This document shows positions 20,832 through 29,307 of a stretch of DNA of 64,000 nucleotides, piece after piece. A model generated the notes under the pieces. It saw nothing but the letters and a program-made list of their open reading frames with translations, did not search any database and was not told the DNA's origin. The DNA is taken from contig CAVZJV010000014.1 in NCBI GenBank assembly GCA_963775685.1, forward strand, positions 1,504,001-1,568,000. Reading direction: 5' to 3'. Within the stretch, counting starts at the first letter, position 1, and every line of letters begins with the position of its first letter. This DNA is from Candidatus Bathyarchaeota archaeon. Its GTDB lineage: Archaea; Thermoproteota; Bathyarchaeia; Bathyarchaeales; Bathycorpusculaceae. The position numbers and the translations under genes were made by a program.

Positions 20832-20968
20832 AAGGCCTTTCAAGATTGGATGCCATAGGATAAAGCCAAATCACGATTTATTTTATTCATTTTATATGTT
20901 CTTATGATTAGATAATCTAATGAAGACCTGTCGACTTCCCTCTATACCCCCAATTTATTGGAGGCCTT
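20832..20968. repeat. ~135-bp element, copy C
   Basis: aaggcctttcaa...ttttatatgttcttatgattagata...ccctctataccccc..ttggaggcctt. Confidence 0.75.
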
Positions 20969-21004
20969 TGAACTCTTGGTAAAATTTAAGTTCACAGCTA
21001 ATTC

Positions 21005-21530
21005 AGTTACATATTAACGCTCATCTCGCCCAGGGCATTCAACGTTCGTTCTCTGAGTTCTTTTATCGCTCGAGAAAAATAGTGTCTAACGAATATGCTC
21101 GGCGAAATTCTGCCGCAGAGCCAGTCTGCTTCTTGAGCAACGAGTCCGTGCTTAATCATGAAAGTTCGTAATAATCGCGTAACTCGCTGATTCGACTGGG
21201 AATCTTGCGCCTTTGCGATTTCTTAATCACCCCTGCGTAAGTTACGGGTTGGCAATTCGAGATTTCGCCGATTATACTTTCAGACATAATGCTGATGAAA
21301 GCGTTCTTCGTTCCCCGCAAAAACTCTGCTTTGTATCGAAAATGCTCCAGAATTCCAAGTTCCCTGTTCAAGTAATCGCTTAATTTTCCTTGCTTTGAAA
21401 GCTCAATTATCTTGTCAAAGCTGGCGATTCCCTCGTTTGCTCGAAGTCCAGTCAACTGTAAAAAACCTAAGGATCAAATTCTCTTGTTGAGCAAGTACTG
21501 GCTCAACTTTAGAAAACCATGCTATATTCA
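21005..21530 (-). pseudogene. Decayed SSV-type tyrosine integrase remnant 1
   Basis: Across frameshifts: WFSKVEPVL..ENLILRF/LTGLRANEG..LGILEHFRY..FLRGTKNAFIS..ELRDYY/EADWLCGRISPSIFVRHY. Confidence 0.8.
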
Positions 21531-21572
21531 ATTTACTCGCGGGTAGACGTTCAACCCTGAATTCGCTTTCGG

Positions 21573-21610
21573 TGTTCCAAATTGGAACGGTTTGTTCCAT
21601 GAATAGAACT
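21573..21610. promoter_or_regulatory. Tandem putative operators TGTTC-N7/8-GAAC
   Basis: tgttc-caaattg-gaac and tgttc-catgaata-gaact followed by aaaagc. Same layout as 7124-7168. Confidence 0.5.
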
Positions 21611-21645
21611 AAAAGCTGTTATTGACAATTATTGAGTGAAAACAA

Positions 21646-22710
21646 ATGAATAAGAAAATAATAGCTCCATCAATTTTGATCGTGATACTCTTTGTGGTCG
21701 CAATTTCTGGAACGATAGTTTATTGTAATGGAGTACTAAGTGACGGAAATTCCAAAATGGCATCATTAAATAGCCAAATAGCGAAGTTGGATAGCAGAGT
21801 TTCTGACCTTAAAACTCAAGCAGCAAATATATACAGCCAGACAGAAAATTTGCTCTCACCAAAAATCGTAACTGCATTAGGAATCAATGAAGTGCCATAT
21901 GATTCGCCCCACAACTATCCCACTCCACTTTTGTATAATCACCTACTCATTATGGGGTCAGTCACAAATACAGGTGTAACCACAGCTTACAACGCAGGAC
22001 TCCACGTAGTTGCCTATCAAGCGGATGGAAAAGTTCAGATAAACATGACTGTTCCCCTCGTTAATTGGGCAAACGAAACTACCAATGAAAACACCGACTT
22101 CGCACCTGTCTTTGGAACAGATACATCTACTCAAATTTATGGCAATGAATCTCTTCAACTCGGAAATTTGTATAGCGGACAGAACGTTACAATCATCTTA
22201 GGTATTTTCCACCATGGAACCGTTACAAATTGGACTATAGCACCAGTATGGACTTCAAATTCCACTCCAACCACAGTAATCCCTCCTACTCCAGCGCCTA
22301 AGCCCCTTCCAATAGCCACAACGGTAATCACTTCAGTAACTTTCAATAATACAACTTATGATTTTGGAAGTGGCGCACCATCCGAAAGAATCCCAGACGT
22401 ATCGATGAGTATGGGACAAAATTCCACCTTAATTATTAAAGTCTCAGATTACGAAGCATTGAATCACACAGTAACTCCAAGTACTTTTGGTTGTGAAGTG
22501 TCGTATTCTGGTACCGACAAAGTTGTATTATTGGGTCCGACCAACAATGCACCAGTAGTTTTGCCCCCTAAGAACGGGCTTACTCTAAGTTGGAATTTAC
22601 AGGCTAAATCTGTCGGCGTGGCCAATCTATTGATGACTATCAGGCCAATAGGCACAGGTTACTCTTTCCAGAATGCCACGTTAAGCTTTCGAGTCACAAT
22701 AACCAAATAA
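21646..22710 (+). CDS. Membrane-anchored coiled-coil + Ig-like (FxLYD-like) surface protein
   Basis: N-terminal TM, short coiled coil, GSVTNTG..AYNAGLHVVAY domain, PT linker, second beta domain. Confidence 0.75.
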   Translation: MNKKIIAPSILIVILFVVAISGTIVYCNGVLSDGNSKMASLNSQIAKLDSRVSDLKTQAANIYSQTENLLSPKIVTALGINEVPYDSPHNYPTPLLYNHLLIMGSVTNTGVTTAYNAGLHVVAYQADGKVQINMTVPLVNWANETTNENTDFAPVFGTDTSTQIYGNESLQLGNLYSGQNVTIILGIFHHGTVTNWTIAPVWTSNSTPTTVIPPTPAPKPLPIATTVITSVTFNNTTYDFGSGAPSERIPDVSMSMGQNSTLIIKVSDYEALNHTVTPSTFGCEVSYSGTDKVVLLGPTNNAPVVLPPKNGLTLSWNLQAKSVGVANLLMTIRPIGTGYSFQNATLSFRVTITK

Positions 22711-22722
22711 GGAGTAAAAACA

Positions 22723-23343
22723 ATGAAAATCAAAATAGACCCAAAAATTTTTGTTGTATCTTTAGTCTTTGCAATCATATTCGCAGGAGTTCTATCTTCT
22801 TACGCTTACTTGATAGTTGTTCAAGATTACAAAATTGCTTCACTTAAAGCGCAAGAGCAAAATCTAAACAGCGAAATCGAAAACTTGACTAATCAAATTC
22901 CAAGCGTCAACGACCAGACAACAAATTTAACAGCTGCTTATCTTGCATCAGGGTTAAAAGCAAACTTAACAACTGTGTTGCAGGGAAAAGAAATCGTAAC
23001 TTCCGATTATGCAGCCACCCAATCAATTCCTTACAATTACTTTTACATTTCTGGCACAGTCACCAATACTGGAAACGGCACTGCATTTGAGACAGGATTA
23101 CATGTAATTGCATATGATGTCTATGACAAAAGCACGAGAGATATAGACATGACTCTTCCATTTGGCGGTAGATTTGGAACTGACAGCACAATTGACGCTT
23201 ACGTTGCATCCCAAGGCGGAACAAGCTCGTTTCAGCTTGAAAGCTTGGGCAGTGGACAGACAAAAACAGTCAATATTCAAATTTTTCACGAAGGAACCGT
23301 CTCTAATTGGACTATAACCCCTATCTGGACAAACATCCCATAA
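22723..23343 (+). CDS. Paralog of the upstream coiled-coil + Ig-like protein
   Basis: Shares GTVTNTG..GLHV.AY..I.MT.P..FGTD..IFH.GTV.NWTI.P.WT with 21646..22710. Confidence 0.75.
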   Translation: MKIKIDPKIFVVSLVFAIIFAGVLSSYAYLIVVQDYKIASLKAQEQNLNSEIENLTNQIPSVNDQTTNLTAAYLASGLKANLTTVLQGKEIVTSDYAATQSIPYNYFYISGTVTNTGNGTAFETGLHVIAYDVYDKSTRDIDMTLPFGGRFGTDSTIDAYVASQGGTSSFQLESLGSGQTKTVNIQIFHEGTVSNWTITPIWTNIP

Positions 23344-23637
23344 TTGCGAAAACAATCAAAAAAAAATTGCTTTTCCAGTTACACAAAGAGTCTAAACGGA
23401 CTAGAACTTTGCTCTTCTAATATCTCCTTTTTAGCTCGGAAAAGGACTCCAAATACATTGACCAAATTAAGTCTCTTTTCAGGAGCTTGGATTTAATGTA
23501 TACACAGATTAGCTTTTAGTTTGTTCTACGGTCCTACACTCTGTTTTCTTGTAATTGCCCTAGTTGAAAGTGATATTATGAGATTCTTTCCGAATAACTG
23601 GATATCATTAAAAAAGAAAAAAATGAGAAAACTTGGG

Positions 23638-24533
23638 CTATACGCCCACTTCTGCCAAAGCATGTAAAGTTCTATCGCGTAAATCTTTGATTGTGGAAGA
23701 AAAGTAATGACGAACGAATATGCTTGGTGGAATCCTTCCAAAAAGCAAGTCTGCCTCCTGGGCAACGAGCTCATGACTAATAATAAAAGTGCCATAGAAA
23801 TCCCGCAGTTAGCTGATTCAAGTTGGAATCTTTCGCCTTTGAAGCTTCTTTGTGATGGCCGCATAAGTCACAGATCGACTCCTCGCGATTTCATCAATCA
23901 AAGTCTCAGGGACTATGCTGATGAAGGCATTCTTTCTGCCGCGCAGAAATTTGTCTTCATACTAAAATGCTCCAGAATCCCAATGTCACGGCTTAGGTAT
24001 TCATGTAATCTTTTTCTCTCCGAAAGCTCGATTATCAGGTTGAAGCTTTCAATGCCCTTGCTGCAACGTAGTCCTGTCAGGCTCAAGAATTTCAACAGCA
24101 AATTCTCCTGTGGCGTGAGTATCGGATTGACTTTGGCGAACCACTCGTCCAAATTACTATTGTTAATGCTGTATATTCTGACGAATGCGGCAAGCGCATC
24201 TGGTCGGGCGCTCTTGGGTCCGTAGCTTTTAAGGGCGGCCTTGCATTGCTCATAGCATCCGATGGACTTCGAGATTATGATTAGACTTTTTATTACTTCC
24301 GATTAACTGTTGATGGGACAGCAGAGTTGCCCGATATTGCCTGATTCAAGGTACATGGTAGTAGCGGTTAGCATAACAAATGACTCTTTTAGAGGTGTTT
24401 TGCCGGTATTTTCCCTGGACAAATTTTTTGAATTCAACCCAATCAAAAACTTTAAAGCTCATCGGTTCAATGAATCGGGCGGGCTGCTTGGTAAGGTAAT
24501 GGTCGCGGGTCCAAATCTCGCCGAAAGCTCCAT
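23638..24533 (-). pseudogene. Decayed SSV-type tyrosine integrase remnant 2, whose 5' end reads through the att site
   Basis: MELSARFGPATITLP (from the tRNA-derived repeat) / FDWVEFKKF..KY / WFAKV..LTGLR / LRDFYGTF..EADLLFGRIPPSIFVRHY. Multiple stops and frameshifts. Confidence 0.8.
24487..24532 (+). repeat. att site: direct repeat of the tRNA-Thr 3' half
   Basis: 44/46 identical to 18897-18942, starting at the anticodon loop. Confidence 0.9.
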
Positions 24534-24619
24534 TTCTTTAATTCTTTGCTTTATGTTTTTTGTAGAGACAACAAAATTGCATATATATGCATATGCACAT
24601 AGTAGTGATGGTAGTAATC

Positions 24620-24850
24620 GTGACTAAAGTAATCTCTCTTTCCGAAAAAGCATATGAAACTCTCAAGGGCATGAAGGAACCTGGAGAATCCTTTTCAGAT
24701 GTCGTTTTAAGAGTTGCAAAACCGAAAAAAAAGAAATCACTGCTGGAGTTTTCAGGCAAATGGGTTGGCAATGATATTGACGAAGTGTTTGCTAAGATAA
24801 AGAAAGATAGAGAGCATTCAGTTTCTCGGAAGGTCGACTTGTTTCAGTGA
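24620..24850 (+). CDS. vapB: VapB antitoxin (DUF217-like)
   Basis: (M)TKVISLSEKAYETLKGMKEPGESFSDVVLR..SLLEFSGKW. Overlaps vapC. Confidence 0.85.
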   Translation: MTKVISLSEKAYETLKGMKEPGESFSDVVLRVAKPKKKKSLLEFSGKWVGNDIDEVFAKIKKDREHSVSRKVDLFQ

Positions 24851-25236
24851 TCCTCGACACAGACATATTGATCGCACTGCTGAAAGGAGAGAAAGACGCA
24901 GACAAAGCAATGGAAAGTTTAGAACAAAACGGAGAACAAGCTGCCATTACAATGCTCACTGCTTATGAACTCCTTAGAGGAGCATATATTTCGTCAAATC
25001 CACAGAAAAACTTGGCGAAAGTGCAAGAACTAATAGCTAACATGAATGTTTTAGAGTTGACCTTGCAAGCATGCGAAGAAGCCTCCAAAATCTATCGAGA
25101 CCTCCGAAAAGCGGGGCACTTGATTGGAGAATTCGACACGTTAATAGCTGCAATAGCAAAAACTTATGTGGAACCGGTTATGACACGAGATGGACATTTC
25201 AAACTTATTACAGATATAAAGTTAAGTGAATGGTAA
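24847..25236 (+). CDS. vapC: VapC PIN-domain toxin
   Basis: ILDTDILI, YELLRG, FDTLIAAIA, MTRDGHF. Confidence 0.9.
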   Translation: MILDTDILIALLKGEKDADKAMESLEQNGEQAAITMLTAYELLRGAYISSNPQKNLAKVQELIANMNVLELTLQACEEASKIYRDLRKAGHLIGEFDTLIAAIAKTYVEPVMTRDGHFKLITDIKLSEW

Positions 25237-25252
25237 CTGGTTAATTTCTCAC

Positions 25253-25297
25253 CCTTGGTAATGTCGCGGGTCCAAATCCCGCCGAGATCTCCAACCT
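25253..25297 (+). repeat. Second att relic (tRNA-Thr 3' half)
   Basis: ccttggtaa-tgtcgcgggtccaaatcccgccgagatctccaacct, with a short deletion and a few substitutions. Confidence 0.85.
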
Positions 25298-25354
25298 TCA
25301 TTGTTAGTCGATCTGCGCATTTTGGCAAATTTTTTTAGGTAAACGGTCATTAGA

Positions 25355-25560
25355 ATGAAAGAGAAGCGGTTTTACAAACATTTGATGATTTAAAAAGGCA
25401 ACTTGAGCTGCTTAAGCCTGTCTTAAAACAGAAGTTTCAAGGAGAACCTATGAACACATTTGGTTCGTATTCGCAGAGTTGCCAAAATGAGAAATGAAGC
25501 AACTAAACATCTTAACGCATGAACTACCAATCATCAAAATGAGGTTATATGGAAGACAGT
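25355..25560 (+). pseudogene. Decayed minimal nucleotidyltransferase (MNT antitoxin) remnant
   Basis: LKRQLELLKPVLKQKF....FGSYSQ..QNEK* resembles the MNT N-terminus (LFGSYxRGEQ..SDxD); stops follow. Confidence 0.5.
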
Positions 25561-25773
25561 AACGAAACGTTGCCTGATTTTTTCACATGTTGTTCATTCT
25601 TTGTTAGATCCAGCCATTTTTGAAGCAACACAATCTCTTACTTGTAAAACAGTACAGCAATCATATATAACATATATTAATACACAATATACTTAAAGCA
25701 CCAGTTTATACAAACCTAATCAAAGCCAAAAGGGAATATAGGAAAATCAACCAATCATTAAGGTGAGAAAATA

Positions 25774-27966
25774 CTGCAAAAAAGAATAATACAGACAATA
25801 TTAATCCTAATTCTTCTCGCATCCACCTTTATAATAATTAATCCAAGCTTTTCCATTGCAGCAACAACCGATCCTGCAAAACTCAAAATTTTCATAGGCC
25901 CAACAAGTGTTCTCGCAGACAACAATACATGCAACTGTATTTTTGTTCAATTACAAGATTCAAGTGGAAAACCTGCAAGAGCATTGCAAGACACGACAAT
26001 AAGCCTCTCATCCTCTCTTACGAACATAGGAACAGTAGACCAATCAATAATCATACCTAAAGACACAACATATGCCTCAGCAAGTTTTACCTCAACATTC
26101 TCACCGGGAACAACGGCAATTTCAGCATCAGCAACGGGTTACGCAACCATACAATCCTCAATAAATACCGTTGGACCAATTCCACACTCTGTAGCGGTTT
26201 ATGGATTTCCATCTACTCTACCTCCTGATGGCTCGTACGATGCCATAATGGTTCAATTACAGGACTCAAGTGGGACACCAGCAAAGGCACCCAAAGACGG
26301 AGTATTGGTAAGCCTCTCCAGTTCAAACACCTCAATAGGCAAAATTAGCCCAAATGTTACAATCGCTGAAGGTAAGACATACGCTATAGCTACTTTCAAC
26401 ACTACTTCAGCAGCCCAAGATGAAGGAAAAGTAAAGTCAGTGATAGTAACCACTGTAGCCCAAGGGTATATTTCTCAACAGGTAACAATGACCATAACTC
26501 CATTAGCAACAAACCCAACTCAACTTAAAATTTTCTCCGGACCTACGCAAATTCCAGCTGACCAGAGCACCTACAGACAAATTGCTATTGAATTGCAAAA
26601 CGCATCAGGTTTCGTTGGAGTTTTACCATCAGACGTAATGGTTACGGTAGGTTCAAGTGATCCAAACATAGCTGAAATTGACTCACAAATAACCCTTCCC
26701 CAAAGCCAAACCTACACTGTAGCAGCACTCAACACAACATACAAAGCCGGAAGCACCACCATAACTGCCGTAGCAACTGACCTGCTAAGAAACCAACAGA
26801 CAGTAACCACCACCGGGTTTACCCCTTCTAAATTGGCAGTTTACTGTGCGCCGTCAGTATTGGCATCTGATAAAGGAACTTACCAATCAATCCAAGTGCA
26901 GCTTCAAGATTCGCAGGGCAGACCTGCAAAAGATCCCCAAATAGACGTGAACCTAAACCTCTTTTCCTCACAACCAATAATAGGAACGGTTTGCTCAACC
27001 TTAACAATTCCCTTCGGACAAACCCAAGCCACCGGAACACTCACCGTAACGAACACACCCGGGTCAACAGCCATCACAGCCCAAGCATCAAGTTACACGA
27101 CCGGTCAAGGAACCATAACAACTTACATCATCGATTTCTTACCACTACAAATAACAGCAACAACTGACTCAGCAAGTATACAGAATGCTCAGAAAACAAA
27201 CGTCACAGTTTACGTTACCGCTGACGACAACCCGCTAACAGGAGCTACAATAAAATTTGCCTCAGACAATAGCGGGTCCTTCACCGCAAGCGCTGATCAA
27301 GGAAATGGGTACTACAAAACAGTTTTCACAGCACCAAGCTTTGCCAAAGCAACAACTTGCACCCTAACGGCAACGGTCTCAAAAACAGGATATGTAACCT
27401 CCCAAGCCACTACACAAGTAACTGTTCAACCTGCATCAGCAACTACACCAACAACTACGCCGACAACAACAATAGCTCCAACCAACCAAAGCGAAACCTC
27501 AACTCCAGCCGCCACAAACAGCACAACAGGAATCATACAGATGCGTATCGAAGACTGCGAGGGAAACCCGTTGAGCAACGCAACTGTATATTCAACAACC
27601 CAGCCAACCGGTGTGGCTGTACTCACTGGCACTACAAACTCGTCAGGATACATTACTTTTTCAAATGTTACCGCAGGGAAATACAGCGTCTGTATAGTCA
27701 TGGACGGGTATGAACAGTTGAACCAGACAATTAACTATACTGGGCAATCGACAAAAATGTCTCTTACCTTAAACAGCGAAAGTACTTCAGCGCCCGGAAA
27801 TAACAACATATTACTGATAGCAATAGTCATAGTCGTTGTGGTTGTTGTCATTATTATCATTGGATTACTCTTCATATCAAAGCGTCGACACGTAAACGAG
27901 CCCTTTAATCAATCTAACTTTAAACTATCCTCAGCCTTTTCGCAAATAAAAGGAGCCGCCTTCTAA
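25774..27966 (+). CDS. Invasin/Big_1-like Ig-repeat adhesin with C-terminal TM; probable CTG start
   Basis: Frame is open from 25762. GGTGA RBS precedes CTG at 25774, which gives a signal peptide. Four P.KL.(I/V)..P..L.AD...I.VQLQD..G.PA repeats, T-rich linker, carboxypeptidase-regulatory-like domain, TM. Confidence 0.8.
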   Translation: MQKRIIQTILILILLASTFIIINPSFSIAATTDPAKLKIFIGPTSVLADNNTCNCIFVQLQDSSGKPARALQDTTISLSSSLTNIGTVDQSIIIPKDTTYASASFTSTFSPGTTAISASATGYATIQSSINTVGPIPHSVAVYGFPSTLPPDGSYDAIMVQLQDSSGTPAKAPKDGVLVSLSSSNTSIGKISPNVTIAEGKTYAIATFNTTSAAQDEGKVKSVIVTTVAQGYISQQVTMTITPLATNPTQLKIFSGPTQIPADQSTYRQIAIELQNASGFVGVLPSDVMVTVGSSDPNIAEIDSQITLPQSQTYTVAALNTTYKAGSTTITAVATDLLRNQQTVTTTGFTPSKLAVYCAPSVLASDKGTYQSIQVQLQDSQGRPAKDPQIDVNLNLFSSQPIIGTVCSTLTIPFGQTQATGTLTVTNTPGSTAITAQASSYTTGQGTITTYIIDFLPLQITATTDSASIQNAQKTNVTVYVTADDNPLTGATIKFASDNSGSFTASADQGNGYYKTVFTAPSFAKATTCTLTATVSKTGYVTSQATTQVTVQPASATTPTTTPTTTIAPTNQSETSTPAATNSTTGIIQMRIEDCEGNPLSNATVYSTTQPTGVAVLTGTTNSSGYITFSNVTAGKYSVCIVMDGYEQLNQTINYTGQSTKMSLTLNSESTSAPGNNNILLIAIVIVVVVVVIIIIGLLFISKRRHVNEPFNQSNFKLSSAFSQIKGAAF

Positions 27967-28004
27967 GGAAAAGGTCACAAGGGAAAATTCTGCCGAAAGC
28001 TCCA
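27964..28004 (+). repeat. Third, most decayed att relic (tRNA-Thr 3' half)
   Basis: 30/41 ungapped match to the tRNA 3' end, ending gccgaaagctcca. Confidence 0.6.
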
Positions 28005-28044
28005 CTTCCAAAAGCTAAAAGTAAGTTTCGCAAAAGCTTCTTAT

Positions 28045-29307
28045 TTGATGGCAGCGAGTATCTCTCCAGAAGGGGAAACAGTGGTTAACTTCTCGTTCGC
28101 TAAACGCGAAACCGTTATTTTAGTTGTGGTGCTTGCGGTTTCCCTTGCAGTTAGGGTTCTCTTGTTTCCGCTCAAAGGTTACTCCATTGACACCAACGAT
28201 TTTATCGCTTGGTTTGGAACTGCCACGGCACATGGGATAAGACCGTTCTATTCAGTTGTAGGATTTGCCGATTATCCGCCGTTTAATGTTTACATTTTCT
28301 GGTTTTTTGGTTCTTTGGCAAACGTCTTAGGCATCGGCATAGCAAACATCGTTAAATGGGTACCTAACCTCTTCGATTTGGCAACGGCAGGTCTGATCTA
28401 CTATTTTGTTAGAAAACAATCCAGTTTCAATATAGCGATTCTAGCTACAGCACTCTACGCATTTAACCCAGCAGTAATCTTCAACACTGCCGTGTGGGGA
28501 CAATATGATGCCATCTATACGTTCTTTTTAGTCATCTCACTTATGCTGGCACTTAAAAGTAAGCCTGAACTTTCAGCAGCCGCCTTCGCGCTAGGCATTT
28601 TAACGAAACCACAGGGCATCGCTTTAGCACCGGTCTTAATTCTCTTAATTTACAAAAAGAATGGATTAAAGCGTCTGTTATATTCTGTGGGCGCATTCGC
28701 CGCCACGGTTTTTGTGGTAATCGCGCCGTTCCAGTGGACAGACAATAACCCGGTGAGTTTCTTAAGCAAAATCTACTTCGGTGCATATGGCGGTTATGCT
28801 TTCACATCCATTAACGCTTTCAACCTGTGGGGACTGTTTGGCATATGGATGCCTGATGGAGGTTTCTTCATTGTTGGCTGGGCGTTATTTGGCGGCTTCA
28901 CGGCATACGCTCTATACGTATTGCATAAGCGGTTTAATATCTCGGGTGATTACCTGGCAATCTTTGCAGCGTTCATGCTTTTCTTTAGCTTCTTTATGTT
29001 GCCAACTCGTATTCACGAGCGCTACATGTTCCCAGCGATAGCTATGTTAGCTTTGATGTTTCCCCTCCTAAAGAGAACACGCCTACTCTATGTTGTTTTA
29101 ACTGCGACTCTGTTTATCAATCAAGCCTATGTTCTCTATTGGCTAAACGCAGCCTATCCTTATGCTCCTAATTTGACTGGAGACCCCGTGGTTGTGGTAG
29201 TAAGCGTTATCAATTTATTGATGCTTGCTTATGCTTCCTTACTGTTGTGGTATGAGCTGAAAGGACCCAACAGGATGGACTCAAACGCTGAAGGTGAGCC
29301 AATATGA
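28045..29307 (+). CDS. GT-C fold polyprenyl-phosphate-sugar-dependent glycosyltransferase (GT87/ALG6-like)
   Basis: Polytopic protein with DYPP, NPA...WGQYD, KPQ, NAFNLW and HERY motifs. Confidence 0.8.
   Translation: MMAASISPEGETVVNFSFAKRETVILVVVLAVSLAVRVLLFPLKGYSIDTNDFIAWFGTATAHGIRPFYSVVGFADYPPFNVYIFWFFGSLANVLGIGIANIVKWVPNLFDLATAGLIYYFVRKQSSFNIAILATALYAFNPAVIFNTAVWGQYDAIYTFFLVISLMLALKSKPELSAAAFALGILTKPQGIALAPVLILLIYKKNGLKRLLYSVGAFAATVFVVIAPFQWTDNNPVSFLSKIYFGAYGGYAFTSINAFNLWGLFGIWMPDGGFFIVGWALFGGFTAYALYVLHKRFNISGDYLAIFAAFMLFFSFFMLPTRIHERYMFPAIAMLALMFPLLKRTRLLYVVLTATLFINQAYVLYWLNAAYPYAPNLTGDPVVVVVSVINLLMLAYASLLLWYELKGPNRMDSNAEGEPI

Larger units (their letters stand above)
18943..28004. mobile_element. 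Tandem stack of decayed integrative islands at tRNA-Thr
   Basis: Direct repeats of the tRNA 3' half at 24487, 25253 and 27964, two integrase remnants and TA genes. Confidence 0.8.

Noticed and set aside
19233-20968. CRISPR array or classical integron attC sites
   Set aside because: The repeats are ~135 bp, diverged and gene-spaced. They lack paired RYYYAAC/GTTRRRY ends, and no cas or intI gene is visible.
23526-24627. ORFs 23526..23864, 23707..24225 and 24310..24627 as genes
   Set aside because: They are off-frame or antisense readings of the decayed integrase.
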